This document shows positions 1-4,537 of a stretch of 4,537 nt of DNA, one piece after another. This DNA is from a virus. Its lineage: Duplodnaviria > Heunggongvirae > Uroviricota > Caudoviricetes. Each line of letters begins with the position of its first letter. Position 1 is the stretch's first letter. The notes below the pieces were generated by a model. The model saw only the letters and a list, made by a program, of their open reading frames with translations, was not told the origin of the DNA and ran no database searches. The translations under genes were made by a program, and so were the position numbers. The DNA is taken from the IMG/VR virus record IMGVR_UViG_2778261224_000010. One strand, given 5' to 3'.

Positions 1-1719
1 CAAAGCGAGAGCGCGGCAGCCGGTTCTGCGACTTCAGCAGCTGGATCAGCAACTGCTGCGGCTAACAGCCAGAAAGCAGCGAAGACGAGTGAAACTAACG
101 CAAAGTCCAGCCAGACGGCAGCGAAGACCAGCGAAACGAATGCTAAAGCCAGCGAAACTGCGGCGAAAAGCAGTCAGGATGCAGCAGCTGAAAGCGAGAG
201 TGCCGCAGCTGGTTCTGCAAGTGCGGCGGCTGCTTCTGCCACTGCATCAGCAAACAGTCAAAAAGCTGCAAAAACCAGTGAAACCAATGCAAAGACAAGC
301 GAGACTGCAGCGGCGAACTCGGCGCAAGCATCGGCAGCAAGCCAGACAGCAGCTAAAGCAAGTGAGGATGCAGCCAGAGAGTATGCAAGCCAGGCTGCGG
401 AGCCGTATAAACAAGTATTGCAGCCGCTTCCTGATGTGTGGATACCATTTAACGATTCACTGGATATGATTACGGGGTTTTCGCCATCATATAAAAAGAT
501 TGTTATTGGTGATGATGAAATAACGATGCCTGGCGACAAGGTTGTTAAGTTTAAACGCGCATCGAAAGCAACCTATATTAATAAATCTGGTGTGCTGACA
601 GAGGCTGCCATTGACGAGCCACGATTTGAACGTGATGGCCTGCTTATTGAGGGACAAAGAACGAACTTCTTCCAGAACAGTACAGACCCTTCGAAGTGGA
701 ATAAGTCAACTTCACTGGACGTTACAGAAACAGGCACAGATAGTTTCGGTTTTAATTATGGCCGGTTTGTCGTACAGGATTCGATTGTTGGCACAAGTAA
801 AGCGCATACCATTATAGGGCTGTATTCAAGTACCGGAGGGGTTGATACTTCAGGTGACGAAAAGTATGTAACTATATCCTGCCGGGTAAAAAGTGAAGTT
901 GATAATATCGCCGTTCGTATTTTATTTGAACATTATGATGGGGAAGTAAGGACATCAATAGGAACAGCAAGCCTGAACCTTACCACCCGCATAATTAGCA
1001 AGACGGGTCAGACAAGCCGTGTTACAGCAAGGTCTGTTAAGGATGATGCAACTGGCTGGATATTTTTTGAGGCTACATTAAAAGCAGATACAACAGAAAA
1101 TACGGTTGGTGGTTTCGTCCAGTATTCTCCGGATACAGGGCAGATGGTGGCATCAGGGGATTGTCTCGATGTAACCACTCCACAGATTGAGGCTGGTACA
1201 GGCGCATCATCTTTTATTGTTACGGGGGCGGCACCGGTAACGCGGGCAAGCGATATAGTTACAGTCCCAATTAAGAATAATCTTTATAATCTTCCTTTTA
1301 CGGTTCTTTGTGAGGTACATAAGAACTGGTATAAAACGCCAAATGCAGCACCGCGTGTTTTTGATACCGGCGGTCATCAAACCGGAGCGGCTATCATTCT
1401 TGGCTTCTGTTCTTCAGCAGATTACGACGGATTTCCTTGTTGCGATATTGGTGGGTCTAACAGACGGATAAACGAAAATGCATCACTTGAAAAAATGGTT
1501 ATGGGGATGCGTGTAAAGTCTGATCAGTCTACATGCGCAGTAAGTAACGGGCGTATATCCAGCGAAACAAAAACCACATGGTCATATATTCAGAACTCCG
1601 CAATTATCCGTATTGGAGGCCAGACTACAGCCGGTTTACGCCATTTATTTGGTCATATCAGGAATTTCAGAATATGGCACAAGGCATTGACTGATGCTCA
1701 GATGGGGGAGTCAATCTAA
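1..1719 (+). CDS. Side tail fiber protein, C-terminal portion (5' end lies upstream of the window)
   Basis: Frame 1 is open from base 1 to TAA at 1717-1719 and translates as QSESAAAGSATSAAGSATAAANSQKAAKTSETNAKSSQTAAKTSETNAK..., the Ala/Ser/Thr/Lys-rich repeat typical of lambdoid side tail fibers as I recall them. The listed ORF 418..1719 is in the same frame, so its Met is internal. The C-terminal ~430 aa is a globular, beta-rich distal domain ending in a LamG/ConA-like motif (FRIWHKALTDAQM). Confidence 0.88.
   Translation, partial: QSESAAAGSATSAAGSATAAANSQKAAKTSETNAKSSQTAAKTSETNAKASETAAKSSQDAAAESESAAAGSASAAAASATASANSQKAAKTSETNAKTSETAAANSAQASAASQTAAKASEDAAREYASQAAEPYKQVLQPLPDVWIPFNDSLDMITGFSPSYKKIVIGDDEITMPGDKVVKFKRASKATYINKSGVLTEAAIDEPRFERDGLLIEGQRTNFFQNSTDPSKWNKSTSLDVTETGTDSFGFNYGRFVVQDSIVGTSKAHTIIGLYSSTGGVDTSGDEKYVTISCRVKSEVDNIAVRILFEHYDGEVRTSIGTASLNLTTRIISKTGQTSRVTARSVKDDATGWIFFEATLKADTTENTVGGFVQYSPDTGQMVASGDCLDVTTPQIEAGTGASSFIVTGAAPVTRASDIVTVPIKNNLYNLPFTVLCEVHKNWYKTPNAAPRVFDTGGHQTGAAIILGFCSSADYDGFPCCDIGGSNRRINENASLEKMVMGMRVKSDQSTCAVSNGRISSETKTTWSYIQNSAIIRIGGQTTAGLRHLFGHIRNFRIWHKALTDAQMGESI
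4..294. repeat. Two imperfect direct repeats of about 100 bp (4-105 and 193-294, offset 189 bp = 63 codons) inside the tail fiber gene
   Basis: Copy 1 encodes SESAAAGSATSAAGSATAAANSQKAAKTSETNAK and copy 2 SESAAAGSASAAAASATASANSQKAAKTSETNAK. Shorter KTSETNAK units recur at about 82-105, 121-144 and 271-294. DNA identity is roughly 70 percent by eye. Confidence 0.7.
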
Positions 1720-2000
1720 TGAAAGATTTAACACTCAAATTTGCAGACAGGGCCGACTTTTCGGCCTTTATGGATAGCACTGGCTATTATGATGACGAGT
1801 CGATGCAGGATGATATTCTTATTGACGTGATAGGTAACGTGTACAAAGAAACCGGAGAACTGACTGAAGATGGCGAACCGGTATGTGTTAAGGAAGACGG
1901 ATATTTTGTAAACGTGCGCATCATTAATGATTCGCAAATATCGTCATTATTCGATGAATACGCGGTTGCTGTTGAGCATCAACTTCGTGGCTGGATGTGA
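1719..2000 (+). CDS. Hypothetical small acidic protein (93 aa), translationally coupled to the tail fiber gene
   Basis: ATG at 1719-1721 overlaps the tail fiber stop (TAATG). Shine-Dalgarno GGGGGAG at 1704-1710, 8 nt upstream. About 21 Asp/Glu against 7 Lys/Arg, so strongly acidic. I do not recognise the family. Confidence 0.7.
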   Translation: MKDLTLKFADRADFSAFMDSTGYYDDESMQDDILIDVIGNVYKETGELTEDGEPVCVKEDGYFVNVRIINDSQISSLFDEYAVAVEHQLRGWM

Positions 2001-2009
2001 GGAAGGAAA

Positions 2010-2714
2010 ATGGCTACATCGACAGTAATTCCAGGAGACATCACCACGTTAAAGGGAGATGTCAGTAAAGCCAAGGAAGATATTTCCTCAATTAACGGAA
2101 AAGTATCAACGCTTCAGACTGAGATGACCAGTGCAAAGCAGGATATCAGCTCCAGATACACAAAAACTGAAGTTGATAATAAGCTGAAAAACAAAGTGGA
2201 AGTGAACGATCTGGAAAGTGGTCGTTATGGCGGAGATTTTTATCCACTGACAGGTCGTGAAGCGTTTTATTTATGGAATTTGGCCACGACTACAGCGGCG
2301 GCAAACCTTTATCTTAATCCTGACCCTGCAATTTCGTCTGTACTGCGGTCAACATCGTCTATCCGCTATAAGCATTCAGTAGAGACGATAGATTCAGAGC
2401 ACGCCGATCTCATTTTCAAGATGCGCCCTGTGTGGTACAGGTCGCAATGCGAAAATGACAGGCGTGACTGGGGATTCTACGGATTGATTGCCGAGGAAGT
2501 AGGAGAAATTGCCCCTCAGTTTGTACACTGGCGACCAGCTAACGAGAATGATGCTCCTGAAGCTATTTCCAGCAATGGCCTTGTTGCCGAAGGTGTAATG
2601 TACGAACGTCTGGTTGTTCCACTGATTCACCATATCCAGAAACTGACTGAAAGAGTTGATGAACTTGAGTCAGAATTAAAGTTGTTATCAACTTCCCGAA
2701 GCGATATCGGATAA
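2010..2714 (+). CDS. Tail-fiber-like protein: N-terminal coiled coil plus C-terminal intramolecular chaperone (peptidase S74-like, self-cleaving) domain
   Basis: ATG at 2010 with GAGGAAGGA (1999-2007) just upstream. Residues 10-70 are heptad-like (DITTLKGDVSKAKEDISSINGKVSTLQTEM...). The C-terminal half matches the endosialidase-chaperone pattern recalled from memory: S116-S-I-R-Y-K121 (Ser...Lys with conserved Arg, about 2355-2372), GLIAEEVGEIAPQFV, and a terminal helix YERLVVPLIHHIQKLTERVDELESEL. Confidence 0.8.
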   Translation: MATSTVIPGDITTLKGDVSKAKEDISSINGKVSTLQTEMTSAKQDISSRYTKTEVDNKLKNKVEVNDLESGRYGGDFYPLTGREAFYLWNLATTTAAANLYLNPDPAISSVLRSTSSIRYKHSVETIDSEHADLIFKMRPVWYRSQCENDRRDWGFYGLIAEEVGEIAPQFVHWRPANENDAPEAISSNGLVAEGVMYERLVVPLIHHIQKLTERVDELESELKLLSTSRSDIG

Positions 2715-2724
2715 AGGAGGAGTA

Positions 2725-3012
2725 ATGGATATAACACCTTTCCTTCATGCACTTTGTGCTGTGGCTGCACAGGTACTGGTTGGTCTTTTTACCGGAAACT
2801 GGGCTTACGGTGCGATAGCTGGTTGTACGTTCTTCATCGCTCGTGAACATACCCAGGCAGAATATCGCTGGATTGAAATGTTCGGGCATGGCAAGCGTAT
2901 GAATATGCCGTGGTGGGGCGGTTTTGATCCACGCGCGTGGGATGTGGCAAGCCTGATGGATTTTGCTGTGCCGGTGGTGCCGTGTCTGCTGATCTGGATG
3001 TTGATCCGTTAA
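2725..3012 (+). CDS. Hypothetical small membrane protein (95 aa, 2-3 predicted transmembrane segments)
   Basis: Strong Shine-Dalgarno AAGGAGGAG (2714-2722) 4 nt before ATG at 2725. Hydrophobic stretches PFLHALCAVAAQVLVGLF, AYGAIAGCTFFIA and ASLMDFAVPVVPCLLIWMLI, with a Trp-rich segment MPWWGGFDPRAW between them. Last gene of the + strand cluster. No recognisable family. Confidence 0.7.
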   Translation: MDITPFLHALCAVAAQVLVGLFTGNWAYGAIAGCTFFIAREHTQAEYRWIEMFGHGKRMNMPWWGGFDPRAWDVASLMDFAVPVVPCLLIWMLIR

Positions 3013-3028
3013 ATATAAAAAGTAAAAA

Positions 3029-3062
3029 GCCGCAGTAACTTGTCATGATAGGATACTGCGGC
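3029..3062 (-). terminator. Rho-independent terminator candidate for the minus-strand int/dinI unit (weaker bidirectional function possible)
   Basis: Perfect 9-bp inverted repeat GCCGCAGTA (3029-3037) / TACTGCGGC (3054-3062) with a 16-nt loop. On the - strand the stem is followed by TTTTTACTTTTTATATTT. On the + strand no good U-tract follows. It lies between the convergent gene ends at 3012 and 3130. Confidence 0.55.
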
Positions 3063-3129
3063 TGGCTGGTTAACTTTCGATAGTGCGAGTATTGAATGAT
3101 TTCCAGCCGTTACTGATTTTACGTGCTAA

Positions 3130-3378
3130 TTAGTGAACAAACCACTCGTCAGCAGACTCCCAGGTATCTTTCAGAGTTTCCTGAACAAAAGTTTTAGCTG
3201 AATCTTTATCGGCGGTGCGCGTAACAGAAAGGCCATCGTTGCTGGTGGCTTTTACGATCACCTCTACATCGTCATAACGTTTACTGATGCGTCGGGTTAA
3301 TTCTTCCTTTAACGCATCCACAGCACCGTTTGGCATTTTAGTCATTTTTTCTTTGGCTATGCAGATCTCAATACGCAT
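3130..3378 (-). CDS. dinI: DinI-family (DNA-damage-inducible protein I-like) protein, 82 aa
   Basis: Translation [35 protein letters not shown]...[33 protein letters not shown] shares the MRIE..IAK..GA(I/V)DAL..EL(S/T)RRI..LSV..ETWESAD(D/E)WFV signature of E. coli DinI as I recall it. Shine-Dalgarno AGAGGGA (complement of about 3383-3389) upstream of ATG at 3376-3378. Two LexA boxes lie immediately upstream. Confidence 0.88.
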   Translation of the reverse strand: MRIEICIAKEKMTKMPNGAVDALKEELTRRISKRYDDVEVIVKATSNDGLSVTRTADKDSAKTFVQETLKDTWESADEWFVH

Positions 3379-3391
3379 AAAAGTCCCTCTA

Positions 3392-3411
3392 TACTGTGTT
3401 TGTATACAGTG
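3392..3411 (-). promoter_or_regulatory. LexA (SOS) box 1, promoter-proximal operator of the dinI-like gene
   Basis: TACTGTGTTTGTATACAGTG: CTGT (3394-3397), 8 nt, ACAG (3406-3409), against the consensus TACTGT(AT)4ACAGTA. It sits 14-33 nt upstream of the dinI-like start codon. Confidence 0.8.
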
Positions 3412-3413
3412 TT

Positions 3414-3443
3414 ATTTTTAACTGTATGGATAAACAGTGTCAA
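3414..3443 (-). promoter_or_regulatory. Candidate sigma70 promoter of the dinI-like gene
   Basis: On the - strand, TTGACA (complement of 3438-3443, overlapping the int stop codon at 3440-3442) is followed 17 nt later by TAAAAA(T) (complement of 3414-3420). The -35 is perfect, the -10 imperfect. LexA box 2 occupies the spacer and box 1 the start/leader region. Confidence 0.5.
3420..3439 (-). promoter_or_regulatory. LexA (SOS) box 2, within the promoter spacer
   Basis: AACTGTATGGATAAACAGTG: CTGT (3422-3425), 8 nt, ACAG (3434-3437). It lies 12 nt from box 1 and falls between the candidate -35 and -10 elements. Confidence 0.75.
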
Positions 3444-4537
3444 GAGGTCTTATTTCTGCTCCTTTGGAGCTCTTCAAAACGATTATGTAAAGATTTCGGA
3501 TACAGTTCGGTATATACCTGCCATAGCACGTTTAATGAACGATGCCCTGTAACCTGAGCGACTTCCTCAATACTAAAACCAGCCTCAAATAAGCGACTTG
3601 CCCCTTCTCTACGCAAATCATGGTATCGCAGATCTTTAATACCTAATTTGCTTCTTACCCTCTGAAATCCTGCAGTAACAGAAGTGCTGTTATATGGAAA
3701 AATGAATTCCGATTTTTTGGGCTGTCGTTGGACGATATCCCAGGCTTCCCCAAGCAAGGCTACTTTCATGTGGTTGCCTTCCTTTTTGCGTGGATCTTTC
3801 CTGTCTCTTACGAGTATAGATTTTTGTTCCTGGTCGAGATCTTCCCATCGTAACCGGCATACTTCTCCGATCCGCATACAGGACCACACAGAAAATTTGA
3901 GGATATCAACGAACGGAATTTTTGAGCATTTATGAGTAGATCGTTGTTGAAGGCCTTCAATGAGCATGTCCAGTTCATCAGATGCTGGTCTACGATTACG
4001 ACGGTTTGATTTACCAATCAAACCAAGTTTAAGTAGATATGGGCGAGCGCTTTTCGCCGGGTTTGATGTGTAATTAATTCCGTATACAGGTTTGGCCGCA
4101 TCCAGAACACTGCCAAGATAACTAACATCGTGGCTGACTGTTGCTGGACCTGCACCAGCGTTGTTTCTTAGCCTGCAATGTTCAATTACGTCATTTTCTG
4201 TCAGTTCAGATAGTTTGATCGCGGAGATGTCACTATCCATAAGCAGTTCCAGCACATATCTTTTAGTACGGCCTGCTTTACCTCCGGCATTTGGGTCATT
4301 TAAATATTTGTGTAGTAAGTCACGGACTGTAAGTCCGTCAACTGCATTTGATGATGGAATGCCATATAGATCTAATTCCATCACTTTCTGTGTTCCCCAT
4401 GTTTTGGCATGAGCATGTTTAGGGAATGTTTTGCTTTCCCTGTAAGTGATAACACCTTTTTCTTTGATAATCACATTACAGCGATAGCGTGGTGTGCCAT
4501 CGGATTTTAGTCGTTTCTCTATGTTATAGTACGCCAT
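3440..4537 (-). CDS. int: Phage tyrosine-type integrase (site-specific recombinase)
   Basis: 365-aa ORF from ATG at 4535-4537 (at the window edge, so the true N-terminus could lie further out) to TGA at 3440-3442. The C-terminal catalytic domain carries the tyrosine recombinase residues: Arg in SCMRIGEVCRLRWEDLD, H-x-x-R in LRYHDLRREGASRLF, and His/Tyr in GHRSLNVLWQVY. Confidence 0.9.
   Translation of the reverse strand: MAYYNIEKRLKSDGTPRYRCNVIIKEKGVITYRESKTFPKHAHAKTWGTQKVMELDLYGIPSSNAVDGLTVRDLLHKYLNDPNAGGKAGRTKRYVLELLMDSDISAIKLSELTENDVIEHCRLRNNAGAGPATVSHDVSYLGSVLDAAKPVYGINYTSNPAKSARPYLLKLGLIGKSNRRNRRPASDELDMLIEGLQQRSTHKCSKIPFVDILKFSVWSCMRIGEVCRLRWEDLDQEQKSILVRDRKDPRKKEGNHMKVALLGEAWDIVQRQPKKSEFIFPYNSTSVTAGFQRVRSKLGIKDLRYHDLRREGASRLFEAGFSIEEVAQVTGHRSLNVLWQVYTELYPKSLHNRFEELQRSRNKTS

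Noticed and set aside
418-420. ATG at 418 as the start of the tail fiber gene
   Set aside because: The frame is open with fiber-like sequence all the way to base 1, so this Met is internal and the gene starts upstream of the window.
89-469. 126-aa + strand ORF (frame 2), Arg/Lys/Gln-rich
   Set aside because: Out-of-frame read of the Ala-rich tail fiber repeat region. Low-complexity basic sequence, no ribosome binding site, and fully overlapped by the recognisable frame-1 tail fiber.
143-539. Antisense ORFs 143..340 and 258..539 (- strand)
   Set aside because: Antisense to the repeat region of the tail fiber. Their Ala/Ser/Leu-rich composition is a by-product of the GCN codon repeats.
611-817. 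68-aa + strand ORF in an alternative frame inside the tail fiber gene
   Set aside because: Fully embedded in the stronger frame-1 CDS. No start context.
1728-1937. 69-aa - strand ORF antisense to the acidic ORF
   Set aside because: Antisense overlap with a coupled, Shine-Dalgarno-preceded + strand gene. No independent support.
1719-2000. Lambda-type Tfa tail fiber assembly protein assignment for the acidic ORF
   Set aside because: About half the usual Tfa length and no resemblance to the Tfa sequences I recall. Left as hypothetical.
2725-3012. Cor-like outer-membrane lipoprotein assignment for the 95-aa membrane protein
   Set aside because: No basic n-region and no lipobox (HALC lacks Gly/Ala at -1). 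Consistent only with a generic inner-membrane protein.
2394-3046. Minus-strand ORFs 2394..2633, 2563..2889 and 2834..3046
   Set aside because: Antisense to the S74-domain and membrane-protein genes. The last would read through the terminator hairpin. No ribosome binding sites.
3045-3083. 12-codon ORF (MIGYCGWLVNFR) within the intergenic hairpin region
   Set aside because: Too short, no Shine-Dalgarno, and it overlaps the terminator stem. Treated as non-coding.
3684-4412. ORFs 3684..3935 (+), 3690..3887 (-), 3808..4017 (-) and 4161..4412 (+) inside the integrase gene
   Set aside because: All lie inside or antisense to the integrase CDS, which has clear tyrosine recombinase motifs.
1-4537. 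CRISPR arrays, tRNA or rRNA genes, insertion sequence ends
   Set aside because: No regularly spaced short repeats, no cloverleaf-like tRNA candidate in the intergenic regions, and no terminal inverted repeats flanking a transposase-like ORF.

Overview
This window looks like the tail-fiber/integrase junction of a temperate enterobacterial (lambdoid-type) phage or prophage. On the + strand a four-gene, tightly packed late cluster runs from the 3' part of a side-tail-fiber gene (1..1719, 5' end outside the window), through a very acidic 93-aa ORF, a 234-aa coiled-coil protein with a C-terminal self-cleaving chaperone (peptidase S74-like) domain, to a 95-aa membrane protein. A hairpin with a U-tract on the - strand separates this from a convergent minus-strand unit: a tyrosine integrase (3440..4537) followed by a DinI-family gene (3130..3378). 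The 61-bp int/dinI gap carries two perfect CTGT-N8-ACAG LexA boxes and a TTGACA -35 overlapping the int stop codon. The most interesting candidates are the three small cargo genes between tail fiber and integrase; their functions are inferred from sequence only and none could be checked against databases here.
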